Part shown: positions 13,955-26,091 of the stretch, one piece after another
Numbering within the stretch: the stretch's first letter is position 1
Layout of the letters: each line of letters starts with the position of its first letter
Origin: Adineta vaga
Lineage: Eukaryota; Animalia; Rotifera
Direction of reading: 5' to 3'
Assembly: GCA_021613535.1 (NCBI GenBank)
Contig: CP075492.1
Span: forward strand, 2,976,001-3,040,000
DNA length: 64,000 nucleotides
Translations under genes and position numbers: made by a program
Notes under the pieces: generated by a model
What the model was told of the DNA's origin: nothing
The model's database searches: none
What the model saw: only the letters and a program-made list of their open reading frames with translations

Positions 13955-14508
13955 TAGGGTCCGGCGGAACTGTCCCGACCCCTATTTTTTCCCGAACCTG
14001 TCGGGATCGGGATGAACATTTTCGGGATCTGCTTAATTTTTTCATATCGAAATAAAACATTTTATCAATCTTTGTTATAATCTTCAGTAAAAATGAATAT
14101 TAGAAAGAAATCCAATGTATAAGAAAAAACGACTTCTACCTGGATGATATTGACGTGTATAGTAATATGATTTCATCGTTAGATACATTGTTTTCAATCA
14201 TATGATCTCTTTATTTTGTTCACCATATGTATTCGTCCTTATAGACCTTGCCTTCCGTCTTTCTTCTTGTTTCATTTGTGATATGCTATATGCTTTTTTC
14301 ACCTTCAATAAAAATTTCTATCCTAGCAGTTGACAAAAATATTAGATTGTATACCTAAACGTCACATTTCTGTCTAGAAATCATAATAGCGTGCAATGCT
14401 ATCGAATGATGTCTCATTTGGCATGAGTTTGAAAAATATTTCTGACAGATTCGCAAAAATGGGTTTAAAAGGGACCGGGACAAAAAAACTTCGTCCCGCC
14501 GGACCCTA
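13955..14508. mobile_element. Non-autonomous TIR element (MITE; TAGGG termini, hAT-like)
   Basis: Left TAGGGTCCGGCGGAAC; right end reverse-complements to TAGGGTCCGGCGGGAC; subterminal cggga motifs. No clear TSD. Confidence 0.75.
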
Positions 14509-14639
14509 CTCCTTAGGAATCATTCTCATCTTCTTCTTTCGAAAGTTGTCGTGTAAACGGCCAGACACACTGATAGTACACTAAAAATTCAATAGTAGAA
14601 TTCAACTTTCGAGTCTGACATTTCTGTCGTTTCTTTGAT

Positions 14640-15447
14640 ATCATTGGTAGTATAGGTTTTTTAAACAACTAACTTTAGGTCATATTATATTGGCAAAATC
14701 GAACAAATAATTTCGATTATATCCCATCGTCTTTAAAATCAAGTATTAATATAAATTTTAAAGAATCTGATACATTATATGATATATTAAAAGAAGGATT
14801 AATCGATGAATATTCATCGAAATTAAATTATTCTTCATTTTTTTCTGAATGTTCTTCATCTTATTGTACATATTCATATTATGGACGAGAAAAACTTCTT
14901 ACTATTATAACAAATCTAATTGAAATATCAAATGGACTAAGTATTATACTTAAATTAATAAAACCACTTGAGGTTGGGTGTGGGTATCGGTATTCAGTCT
15001 TCATCCACATCCACGTTCACCTACACCCTCAAGAATTACATGAAACATGTTCAAGTTCATTTATTGAAAATCTTTTTTGATAATAATAAATGATTGAATT
15101 TATCTTTAAATAATTTTCAATGTTATGGTTTTTATTTATTTCAAAAAGAATATTTTAATCAATCAAATTATCGTTTTATTCCACAATATGATAATCAATG
15201 TTTATGTTAAATATCTTCAATTATTGTATTCAATCGATTTATATTAAAAATTATCTTCTAGATGGTTTTCTACTTGATTGTAATCCACTTGAATCATTTT
15301 TTCGATCAAATTTTATTTGTCTTTATAATGAAACATGTGTTCAATGAATTAATTCTAATAATTTATCATTTATTAAATCATTAAATTCATCAAAATCAAT
15401 TCAATATTTTAGAAATAGTACAATCAATGATTTAGCATTAAATGCAT
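14640..15447 (+). pseudogene. Degraded remnant of a Cys-containing membrane-protein family gene
   Basis: Fragments LNYSSFFSECSSSYCTYSY...TIITNLIEISNGLSIILKLI and LESFFRSNFICLYNETCV*...NSTINDLA with stops and frameshifts. Interrupted at 14967 and ended at 15448 by telomere-like hairpins. Confidence 0.5.
14967..15033. repeat. Telomere-like hairpin element
   Basis: cttgaggttgggtgtgggt...cacctacaccctcaag; terminal inverted CTTGAGG/CCTCAAG. Confidence 0.7.
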
Positions 15448-15498
15448 CTTGAGGGTGTGGGTGTGGGTGAAGAAGCGATACTTTGACCCGAGCTCAAA
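15448..15498 (+). repeat. Telomere-like hairpin element
   Basis: cttgagggtgtgggtgtgggt-gaagaagcgatactttgaccc-gagctcaa; same loop as the 25030 and 36220 copies. Confidence 0.75.
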
Positions 15499-15682
15499 AG
15501 CGTTTGAACAGTTGGGAATCATTTCTCGTCAGTAGCCGTAAGCACGTTTCTGAATCTCACTACTATGCTCATATGTTATAGAGATTTTACTGTAGTTAAT
15601 ATACATAATTAAAAACGAGATATTGAGAAATAAATTTAACATAAAATTCTTTGTTTTCTATTATTTATTCGATAATAAATAA

Positions 15683-17275
15683 TTAAATTTGTCTATCCTT
15701 CCGACACGTTAATTTTTTGAATAAAACTCGATCTTTCAATTGAAAATTATCAAATACTTGTTCAATATCTTCTAATAAAATTCCTTTTGTTTCCGGACAA
15801 AAAAGATAAACAAATAAAACTGCACAAAGACATAAACTTGAAAATAGATAAAAACCAAAATGAATTCCAAATGAAGAAATAAATTCTAAAATAAACGACA
15901 TAATAATACACATAAACCAATGACTTGCTGTTGTAAATGACATTGCTCTTGCTCGAACATTTAATGGATAAATTTCTGCTGCATAAATCCAACAAATCGC
16001 TCCCCAAGAAAGTGCAAAACTAATAATATAAACTACCGTTGAAATAAGTATTAATATTCCCGTATTTGTTCCACAAATAATCTCTTCATTAACAATCATG
16101 TTATCCTTAATAGTTTTAATCACCTTACAACCAACAAGAAATCCCGTTCCTGCAAAAAAATGTCCAAAAACCATTCCTAATCCACAAAATATTAATAAAT
16201 ATCTTCGTCCAATTTTATCAAATAAGAATAGAGCAGGAATTGTACTAAACATATTTGCTCCTGATAAAATAATCAATGATAAAAATCCTGAACCAAGAAT
16301 TCTTTCAAAAATCATTCCTCCATAGGCAAATATGGGACTAATTCCTGATGTCTGTAAGAATATATGTAAAATCATTCCAATTAAAAGTCTTTGAAACATT
16401 TTCTTTCTTGTAAATAATTCTTTAATTGAAATTTCATTTCCTTCGTCTTTAATTGCATCATCAATTGCATTTAATTCTTCATTAACATCATCAATTTGAC
16501 GAATATATTTTAAACTTTTTTCAGCAGATTTTCGACTTTTATTTTTCAATAACCAACGGGGAGTTTCCGGACAACAAAATATTCCCATAAGAAGAATCAA
16601 AGGTACAATTAAAATAATTCCATTTGATAATCTCCAACCTAAGGAATGATTTTTCAAGAAAAAATTAATAATATTTGCAGAAAATAATCCACTAACAATT
16701 GCCATTGTCATAAAACCTGATAACATTCCACGTAATTTCGTTGGTGCAATTTCTGATGCATACAATGGACAAGCAAATGATGAACAACCTACTCCTGTTC
16801 CTTCAACAATTCTTCCAATTAAAATAAATTTCATTACATTTTTCGATCCTCCTGGTGGTAAAATCACCATGAATGTTCCAATGATAAATAAAACTGATGA
16901 AGTAAATATAATTGCTCGACGTCCAAATTTCTCCGCGATAAATGATGAAATAAAAAGAGCACCAAGAAAACAACCGAGATTATACATTAATGTAAATAAG
17001 ATTAGAAATCGTCGATACTCCGATGGTAATGCCGAGATTGAAAGATCACAAATACTTTCATTGCCATAAATGCCAATACAAAAATCTTTTTTAAATGAAT
17101 GCATAATAACAATTCCACCCGTTACACCTTGATCATAGCCAAAAAACCAACCACCTAACGAAGAAAATGCAGATAAAAAAATTGCACGTGATGATTTGCC
17201 TGACGGTATATTTTCATGTTCATGATTGGAATTGCTTTTCAAATGAATTGATTCTTCTTCATTATTTGTCTTCAT
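15683..17275 (-). CDS. MFS sugar porter (SP family) hexose-type transporter, intronless
   Basis: 530 aa, ~12 TM; FFGYDQG, EKFGRR, GRIVEG, SEIAP-x-x-LRG, PETPRWL, DKIGRR, EIYPL-x-x-R, PETKG motifs. Confidence 0.92.
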   Translation of the reverse strand: MKTNNEEESIHLKSNSNHEHENIPSGKSSRAIFLSAFSSLGGWFFGYDQGVTGGIVIMHSFKKDFCIGIYGNESICDLSISALPSEYRRFLILFTLMYNLGCFLGALFISSFIAEKFGRRAIIFTSSVLFIIGTFMVILPPGGSKNVMKFILIGRIVEGTGVGCSSFACPLYASEIAPTKLRGMLSGFMTMAIVSGLFSANIINFFLKNHSLGWRLSNGIILIVPLILLMGIFCCPETPRWLLKNKSRKSAEKSLKYIRQIDDVNEELNAIDDAIKDEGNEISIKELFTRKKMFQRLLIGMILHIFLQTSGISPIFAYGGMIFERILGSGFLSLIILSGANMFSTIPALFLFDKIGRRYLLIFCGLGMVFGHFFAGTGFLVGCKVIKTIKDNMIVNEEIICGTNTGILILISTVVYIISFALSWGAICWIYAAEIYPLNVRARAMSFTTASHWFMCIIMSFILEFISSFGIHFGFYLFSSLCLCAVLFVYLFCPETKGILLEDIEQVFDNFQLKDRVLFKKLTCRKDRQI

Positions 17276-18053
17276 TTATAAGGAAAAAAAACATCAATTG
17301 ACAAATTTAACCGACTTTTTACTTTATCTTTCGAATAGTAAGGACATTGTCATAAAGAAAAAGAAGAAGAAAAAAAAGATTTTATTGTCTTAAGGAAGAA
17401 TAGAAAAAAGTAAATATATATATATGTAAGAATGTCCTTGGACAAAATAAGTTTTTTTCTAAAAACGAAAATATAATTCAAGGATATTTTAGATTTATAT
17501 TATTAATGGAAAAAATCAAATGAATATTTTTAAGAAAAACAAATGTAATTCTATTACAGCGATTCGTTCTATACTATAAAAGATAAAAGTAAAGTTAGAT
17601 GCCAATCAGTTACCACAACTAGATGTTCATTTATTCTCAAATACGAGGTCAATTTCATGAAGATTATTTTTTGACAATATTTGAATATGTAAAATATTTA
17701 TATACATTAATAAAGTGCCTTGAGAATAACCAGAAGAATATATTCTTCCAGATATTCAATATTCATTACGGATTTTGTATATAGAATTAATTAATACTAG
17801 AAGTTAAAAGAAGATGAAAGAATGAAACATGATAGGTTTTAATGAAAAGTACATTACTAGAAGTAAGATTATATTATACACAAAAGAATCTAATGACGTC
17901 AATTCTTGTTTATATTATAAAAACAGAAGTTAAAATTGCTTCCAGATTCTATATAAAATATGCATACAGAAAGTTAACTTGTACTTTTAATTCGTTATTT
18001 TTATCGATATTTTATTTTATGAATTCAATATATAATATAGAGAAAAGATCTTA

Positions 18054-19030
18054 ATGGCTAGCGTATTGCAAGACGTTTATTTTCAATAAACAAAAATCCT
18101 AACGCCCATCATTATTATTTGTGGTATAACAGGTAATTCGATGAATATTACTATCCTTACTCGACTCATTCTATACAATCATGCATGTTCTCGTTATCTT
18201 CTTGCATTATCGATTAATAATCTCTACTTTTGTACTGTAACTATGGTTCAACATTATTTGGCTGATGTATTCAAAATTGATTTCGGTCAAATTTCTATTC
18301 ATTGGTGCAGATTTTTTCAATATGGCACTTTATTATGTGTTCTACTTTTGCCTTATTATACTGTACTTGTATCAATTGATCGATATTGTGCTAGTTCTAA
18401 CAAAGTCGGAATAAGAAATCTTAGCACTATTAAAGTATCACGATATGTCCTTGTAATTGTTACCTTGATGTTTGCATTGTATGCTTTAAATCATCCAATA
18501 TTAGTGACATTGCGACAAGATGATGGACTTGGATGTCGATTACGACACGATACTTCTTACAATGTAGTATTTGGATTTATGTTATCTACTCTGGTAGCAG
18601 TACTTGGACCTTTATTGATGGGTATATTTGGTTTTTAACAATTCGAAACATAAATCGAAATCGAATGACATCATTGAAAAATTCAGTTCATCGCCGTACT
18701 GAAAGTCAATTGTTTCGAATGCTGCTTTTTGAAGTGGGAGTTTATCTTATTTTAAATATACCATCCGGAGTTACATATATTATGTCAACCTTACCGTTGT
18801 CATTCGTAATCACACCTGAATTTGGTTTTGCATCCGGTTTTTCTCATATTTTATTTAAGCTGTCTTTTATGATGCCATTTTTTTGTCTTATTCTATCCGG
18901 TCACATCTATCGCAGAGAATTTGTTCGTCTTGTAAAGAAAATATTTAGATGTTGTCCTCAAAATACAATTCAACCCTTACTTACCACGCGAACTGCTCAG
19001 CACTTGGTTTTGGCAATTAATCGTGTGTAA
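18054..19030 (+). pseudogene. Rhodopsin-class GPCR, disrupted
   Basis: ATG 18054, in-frame TAA at codon 12, GN in TM1, SIDRY motif. A frameshift in the T-run at ~18633 joins the two track ORFs; helix-8-like YRREF. Confidence 0.75.
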
Positions 19031-19734
19031 AGATGTCAGTGAAAAAACATTCTACGTCACAATCGTGAATATTTATATAGCTGGCGGTAATCACTGACAC
19101 ACGAGTAGAAATGATTTAATTAAATTTTCTTAATGAAAGATCTCTTCATTTCTGGTGCAAAGTTGTACGGATTTTGCTATGAAGTTGCGAATATATCTTT
19201 TTCTAATTCCATTCATTTCGATGAGATAGAAAATTAAATTCTATTTTACAATGTGGAAAATTATGATATCAACCAATTACTAAGAAATCCATGTTAGATT
19301 ACATCTTAGATTTAAATTCATTATATATTTTCATCACTATTTTATTGTTTGTCGTTTCTTTCACATGTGAACATATCTATATAATAAATAAAAAGTATTA
19401 TACTACTCTCCATCACACTCCTTCAAGATAATATGTTTTCAGGACATATTCCTTATTGAATAGGATGGTTGTGTCTCCCATCTCTAAATGTGTGTCTGGT
19501 AAACATTTCATATCTCTATTATGCCGTAGAGAGGAGATGTAATTGAAATACTGCAAGCGGACGCGCTAACTCCCGGTTCAATTCGCGATCTTTGATTGAG
19601 CAGCTATATTCAGAAATTGACTTAGAGAAAAGTACTAAATCTCACATTTGAATCAAATTTCACTTACAATCTAGTCTTTTTTCAAGTTTGTTTCGCTATT
19701 GATAATATCCGTCATAATATACCACCAGCTATTC

Positions 19735-20010
19735 AACAAACTAATGATTGGGAAATAAAATCAATTGAAAAAATTCAACAAAAAGCAACAGAATTATCAC
19801 AACTCGTAGCTGCTCATATCCAAAATCCATCAACAAGACTTCATCCTATAGCCAAAGAACAAGATGATTTCATTGAAACGGATCTTCGTCATTGGAAAAA
19901 AAACTTGATTATCTAAGATCAAATATAGTTTTGCCATCAACTATTTTTATTAACCAACATGAAAATATCCCATTAGTACATGATGTTTCAGTCAGTCTTT
20001 CATCGACAAT
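19735..20010 (+). pseudogene. Degraded coiled-coil gene fragment related to the B-box/coiled-coil families
   Basis: NDWEIKSIEKIQQKA...DDFIETDLRHWKK resembles INQWENESIEKIQ in the NHL genes of this window; frameshifted. Confidence 0.5.
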
Positions 20011-20731
20011 GATTTATGGATAGAGATAGCCGTAGCTGTAAATTATATCACAAAATATAGTGGCATAAGCAGATCGTATCAACTGAATAAGATAGGTTCA
20101 TCTATCTTAATGAGTACAGGTGACATAATTACATTGTTCGTCTATTGTGACAATCGGAAAATTGTGATGATAAACAAAAATAATTTTTTTGAAATATCAG
20201 TTGGATGTGAATATTAATAACTGTTCATTTCCTTGGCAGTTTCACGTTATTCTTCGTGAATGAAATAGTCGTATTCTTATTGTAGCAACACAAATAACAT
20301 CTGTTCAATATTAATATTGCGAAATCGACACTTGTTCATTTATTTATACATAAACCAAGTATATATCTATATGAAATTGTGAGAAAAAAACAGTTTGAAA
20401 TACATACACTTAGAGATGTGCCGAAGCTCTCGATTCCGGCTCGGGCTCGATCTGATTAAGTTCGATCTGGAGTGGTGTCGGTTGGATTCAGCATCGATTT
20501 TGGCAACTTGACAGGATAACAGCTAACGTAAGACTCGAATGGACCGAGAGGATCAGACTTGATGCATCTTCATAGGATCCTCTTGTACTTTTTTTCGACA
20601 TTTTAACTTTTCAATCGAATTTAGGTTAACCAAAAATAAAGTTTCAACAACTTTTCTCTTTGGTTTGCAAGCTGTCGTTATATTATTGGACTTATATAAA
20701 AGCTCAAAATAGCATTTAAATGGCAAAAACT

Positions 20732-20832
20732 TTTGAGAGTGGGTGAAGGTTTTGATATGTGGGCATCTGACAGCGTGAGAGTGAGAATTGGCGAAGAGAA
20801 TAACGACACCCACACTCGCATCCACCCTCAAA
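20732..20832. repeat. Telomere-like hairpin element at the left edge of the segmental duplication
   Basis: tttgagagtgggtg...cacccacactcgcatccaccctcaaa. Confidence 0.6.
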
Positions 20833-22783
20833 CAAGAAGAATACGAAGATATCAGTAATATATTAAGAGAAATACTAGCATCTAAAAAGAAAATTTATTT
20901 ACAGATATTTTTATTCTTTTTTATAGAAATTTCGAATAGGGAAAGATATTTCAACCTACTCAACTTTCAACAGGTCCAACTTTTCTGAGAGAATTTTGAA
21001 ATCGAAAAAATAATAATTCGATTTGATAAAGATCTAAAAGGATTATCGAATAAATATTCGATTTTTTGTTTTCCTCCCAATTCTAAATGAATTTTTTTGG
21101 ATAATTTTGAAAAAAAAATGGTTTTGTTAAATATATTTTAATCTTACTTGAGACACTACGCATTCATAGGCATGCGAAAAGCAAAGGAAAAGAATCAATG
21201 AAGCATGAAAGTTAAAAGAATACATTATACGGATTCAACGTTGCTTTTTTTATCTTCTATGTTATATAATTTTATCAAAGATGAATTAAGAGACAAATTC
21301 TTTCATCATTTTTAACATAAAAATGTGTTAGAAATAAAAATATTTCAGTCACAAACTTTGAATTGTTATTTTTTTCAAAATAGTAAAGTCATTCTTTGAA
21401 ATAATGGAAAAGGACATGTCTGTTTATTTTTTTAACAGAATTTCGCAGTTGGTGATGAATTAAACAATATTATGAAATTCGTTGTTTTTGTTTCATATCT
21501 GTTTCATCCTACGTCAGAAAATTATTCTGAGTACTCTGATTTTTCTCTGCTTCCCTCAGGATCAAATAAATCGTGAACAAAAAGCATTAATACGACTCAA
21601 GATGACAGTTCTCAAAACGAACGCATGCGTACAGAAATATGAAGAAAAAGAAATCCAGCATTCATTTCAGTCACACTAAGATTTCTTCTTTCCAATTCAA
21701 TTAATCACTATATGGGCACGGCCAAACGTTACGGAATTTCACCATTTCCCGTTTTTTCACGGAGGAAAGTTTAGTGCCATTTTTAGATTAATTTGAACTA
21801 TAAAATTCAACTTTTTTATTCTATGTCGATTGAGAGGATGGATGAGGGTGTGTGTGAGGGTCTGACTGAGATTCTGTTAAAGGATTACGAAATTATGTAT
21901 GAGACGGAATCGATAGAAATTCCGCCAAATTCTCGTCGATTCCGTCTTTGACGAATTTCAGGAAGGGAACTCATTTTCACTATGTGCGATATTACGTAAT
22001 AGGATACATTCTGACTAATTATCTATTGTGTAATTCTGTATATGTTTCATACAAGCCAAAATTTGAATAAATCAATTTCGTCGGTAGAAGTAAATATTGA
22101 CCTTTTAAGAAAAGTTTTGTTAATGTTTACTTCATTTTGTCTATCAATTCATCTATAAGAGAACCGAGATAGATGAAATTGCGTCTCAGTTAATGTTGGT
22201 CTACAATCAATTTAACAGTTTAAACAATTGTGTTGCTCAGAAAGAGACGAAAAATAATGACAATTTCGCTGTTTTATTTTGAATAAATAAACCTTCTCTC
22301 TCTTAGAAAGACTTCGTATACAAACACATACAAGCAATCTATCTGCATTTGATTTTCTTCAACCATCAAAGTTGGTAGTGAACAATGATTAATATGTTTT
22401 TTATCATCCTTTTCATTCTGAAAGTTTCTGTCGTTGATCTTAGCCATTTTTTTGGTGGAACAATAACAGCGTGAGTTTTTGTTATATTCAATATATGTTG
22501 TTCCAAATGTATATATTGTAGGCGTCCTTACAATAATTCGCAAACGACTGGTTCAATACCGATGATAGTGCGTGAACGATGGTCATGGCGTATTACTTAC
22601 TATGCTGTATAGCTTCACGATGCACCACTGCGGTCATTGTTGCACAAACTCCTATGATTGGTGATAGTAATCCTGTCTCATGTATATATGGTGCTGCTTG
22701 TGGTAGTCATTGAAGCACTGGTACTGGTAGGATGAACACAAGTACCTGGTGTACTGATTTTAATAATCCTCTTGTTACTATGT
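20830..22783 (+). repeat. Segmental duplication copy 1 (direct repeat of ~26042-29349)
   Basis: 20830-20900 matches 26042-26112; ~21050-21735 matches ~26735-28390 minus the inserted element; 22033-22783 is almost identical to 28600-29349. Confidence 0.85.
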
Positions 22784-24831
22784 CCGGCGAATACTATAAT
22801 ACATTCTCAATATCGATCAATGTTGCATTTAGTATCGTGTTTTCTGCTGGTAATTGGCTCACAGCTCTAGGTGCGGGATTTGGAAATTTAGGATGGAGTG
22901 TTGTTAGTCGAATTAGTACTATTCTTCGAACAGATGGTTATTTAAATACTAGTCCTGTTGCTGTTTCATTGCCAATTATCTACAAACAAACCAATATACG
23001 ACACACACATGTTGTTCAAATGTCAGATTTTGATGGATCAGATATATTACAATGTCGTTGGTCTACTTCATCAGGCAATGTGAACGGAGCTGATGAATGT
23101 AGTGGTATATGCAACGGTCTTCCTGGTGGTGTTACCGCTATTTTAACTGGAAGCAATTGTACGATGTCCTTCACACTTACTACAGATTACTGGTATTACG
23201 GAGTTGCCTTACAAATTGAAGATTTTTATGATAATGTAGCACTTTTAGCAAATAGTCCAATGAGTTCTGTTCCTATGCAGTTTCTTTTCTATGGTTATCC
23301 AAATACTAGTGGTTGCAGTACTCCACCAGAAATTATTGGTGATCGACCAAACCGAGGTAAGTATTTCAAACTTGCAATCGGAGAAATGGAATGCTTATTT
23401 CTGATGATTTATTTTTAAAGCTTGTATTGGTGTGATGCCTGGTACCAGTATTACTTTACATGTTGTCGTGGATGTGTATTGCAGTGGAAAGAGCATTGTT
23501 GATTTTATTTCGACTGTACCACGTGGTGTAACAAAGAGTAGTATTACAAGTCCTACTACTGGTCAGTACATAACATATTGATTAATTATTTCCTTTACCA
23601 TTTCTTACTTCTAGGCCAATACATAATCTATCTGTATTGGACTCCTCGAACTGATCAGTATGGCCCTCAAGGAATTTGTATGGCAGCAATCGATAATACA
23701 AATATTCAATCCAATCAATAGTGTATCACATATTTAGTTAGTTTTCTGTCACCTGATGTTATTCGACCAACGTTATAGTTCAAGGTTCAGCATCACCAAT
23801 TGGTACTGTCTTTCAAAATCAAACTCTTTTTTCTATTCAAAGTATCAATTCTATAAAGATCTTATTTTGATTACTGTGATTTATACTTTTAGCCTCAAAA
23901 TTCGTCAATCGTCCAACACGAAACGGAACTTTTATCTATTTGAATAGCACTGGTGGTGGTACACTTGTCCAGAAATATGATTGTGGTTGGGACCCAAATG
24001 TGACATATACAGGTTATACAATTGTTATTAATTTTCCAGTCGCACCATGGACTCCTGGTCATTTCTTTTATGTCACAATGGATGGCGGTATAATTCATTT
24101 TTTCTCTCTTCTACATCATTATGGTTCCATATATTCTTCTTCATTTAATTTTAGGTGTTGCCAGTGGAACAGAATTTTGTGGTCCTGAATCTGATTCTAT
24201 TTACGATCCCACCTTTTGGGTATTTAATATATGGAATCCAGCAGTGTCATCAACAACCACAACACCGTTTACCAATAACAGTAACAACAAAACCAACATC
24301 AACAACAAGTATCAATACTTTGGTTTGTTTTATTTCATTTTCTATAATCTTTGATCATTATGAATGTTTTGCTATTTAGTTAACAACAACTGGTATTGTT
24401 ATTACAACAACTTCACCTGTTACAACAACAGCAACAACTGCATCAACTACAATTGGTAAATAAAACAGATATTCTACATTTTTATTTTGTTTTTCAATAA
24501 TTTCATTTGATTTAATTTAGTTTCAACAACAGCTGGATCAACTCAATCAACGACAACAACTGAATCAGCCTTTCTTGCGATATCTCCAAAAGATTTTGTA
24601 AGTTTCTAATTGAGTTTTGCATAGATTAGTAATGAAAAGTTGTTGATTGTAAGAAGAACTATGTAGACCACCTATTGCATTGATGACAAGTCTTATATTT
24701 ATTGTAATGATGTTTCTTCACGCGCAGCTATGTATGCTGCATTTACAAAAGTGAATAAGATGTTTAATCCTTCACATATTCAAGCTAAAACACGACATCG
24801 ACAACGAATGAAACGAATCATGGGATCTTAA
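22385..24831 (+). pseudogene. Multi-exon cell-surface protein (signal peptide, SHFxGGT motif, Cys-containing ectodomain, Thr-rich stalk, TM), disabled
   Basis: Exon 1 MINMFFIILFILKVSVVDLSHFFGGTITA; D-x-D-G-x-D-x-L-x-CRW and ALQIEDF...SSVPMQF motifs; ~7 short introns; stops/frameshifts near 22608, 22711 and 23720. Confidence 0.65.
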
Positions 24832-25029
24832 AGACCATTTCATTGATTTGAACACATAAAACTAATCGAGAACTATTTTGATTTGATTTTCGAATTTCAT
24901 TATTATATTTATCTCAAATAGACTTTTCTGTGATCCGTGTGTTATCTGAATAAAAAATATAATCTCGAGAATGTGGATGATTTTATGGATGTATGCATTT
25001 TTGCTTTCAGCAAACTTACACTCTCAAGA

Positions 25030-25074
25030 TTGAGTGGGTGTGCGTGAAGAAGAGATTCCTTGACCCACACCCAA
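25030..25074 (+). repeat. Telomere-like hairpin element
   Basis: ttgagtgggtgtgcgt-gaagaagagattccttga-cccacacccaa. Confidence 0.7.
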
Positions 25075-25152
25075 TACGATTCGTTAGTTCTTAATCAAGA
25101 AATCATCTATAGAATTTTCAACCAAATTATATAAAAATGGAAATATTCATAT

Positions 25153-26091
25153 TTAATAAGTTCGATTTCCATATGTTTGAGATTTATAAATTGAATGAGC
25201 ATGTCTTCCATAATGTTGTAAACTGTGCATAGAATTTGTTAAGATTTGTAATTCAAATACTTGATTTAATTTTGGTCCTTGAAGAATTAAATGAATAGAT
25301 TGATAACCATTATGTTTTGGAAATTGAATATAATCATGTATTTTTATAATTTGATAATATTTTTGAAAAAGATTTACTAAATAATAACATTGATTGATTG
25401 TTTGAACTGAGATTTCAATTGAAATAATATCATAAAGATATTTCGGAAATAATTTCAATTTTTCCCAATATGAATAAAATGTTTTTAATCTTCCATTGAT
25501 TCGATATGAAAATGAAACTTGTTTGATTAAAAATGAATTTAATTCAATTAAAAGACAAGTTAATAAATTTGAATCAAATTGTTTCATTTTATAAATTGAA
25601 ATAATTTGTTTTCGTTCTTTTCGATGAAATTTCTTAAACATTTGATCATCAATTAAACTAATTAACATATGTGTACCATTATATTTATCATATTCTGTAA
25701 TAGATTTATTTACTTTATCAATTGGTTCTTTATATAAATCAATTAATTTTTCATAAATTTGATTTTGAAAATCAAGATTTTTAATAAAACAAATTTCAAT
25801 TTGATTTATTTGATAAAAATTCCAATTTGATTTTAAATAAAATTCATTACAATAAATTCCATAATTTAATTGGCAAATAAAATTATTAAGATTTGAACTT
25901 GTGATAAATTCATTAGATTCATTAAATCCTTTTAAGATTAAATTATAATTATTACATTTCCATTCATTGATTTCTTGTTCAAACGAATCTATTCTTTGAA
26001 ATTCATATTCAATTCTTTTACAATATTCAGTTTTTAACTTTAAACAAGAAGAATATGAAGATATTAATAATAGTAAGAGAAAGACTAACAT
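25153..26091 (-). CDS. RelA/SpoT (p)ppGpp-synthetase-domain protein with N-terminal hydrophobic (signal-peptide-like) segment
   Basis: Intact 312-aa ORF with synthetase motifs in order: GRLK, DIISIEI, DYIQFPKHNGYQSIH, FELQILT, AHSIYK. N-terminus MLVFLLLLLISSYSSC. No recognisable HD motif or TGS/ACT domains. Confidence 0.85.
   Translation of the reverse strand: MLVFLLLLLISSYSSCLKLKTEYCKRIEYEFQRIDSFEQEINEWKCNNYNLILKGFNESNEFITSSNLNNFICQLNYGIYCNEFYLKSNWNFYQINQIEICFIKNLDFQNQIYEKLIDLYKEPIDKVNKSITEYDKYNGTHMLISLIDDQMFKKFHRKERKQIISIYKMKQFDSNLLTCLLIELNSFLIKQVSFSYRINGRLKTFYSYWEKLKLFPKYLYDIISIEISVQTINQCYYLVNLFQKYYQIIKIHDYIQFPKHNGYQSIHLILQGPKLNQVFELQILTNSMHSLQHYGRHAHSIYKSQTYGNRTY

Noticed and set aside
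19555-19592. tRNA T-arm-like ggttcaattc
   Set aside because: No cloverleaf or acceptor stem.
25153-26091. Bacterial contamination as the source of the RelA/SpoT gene
   Set aside because: AT content matches the host, and its 5' end is part of a duplication shared with an intron-containing gene.
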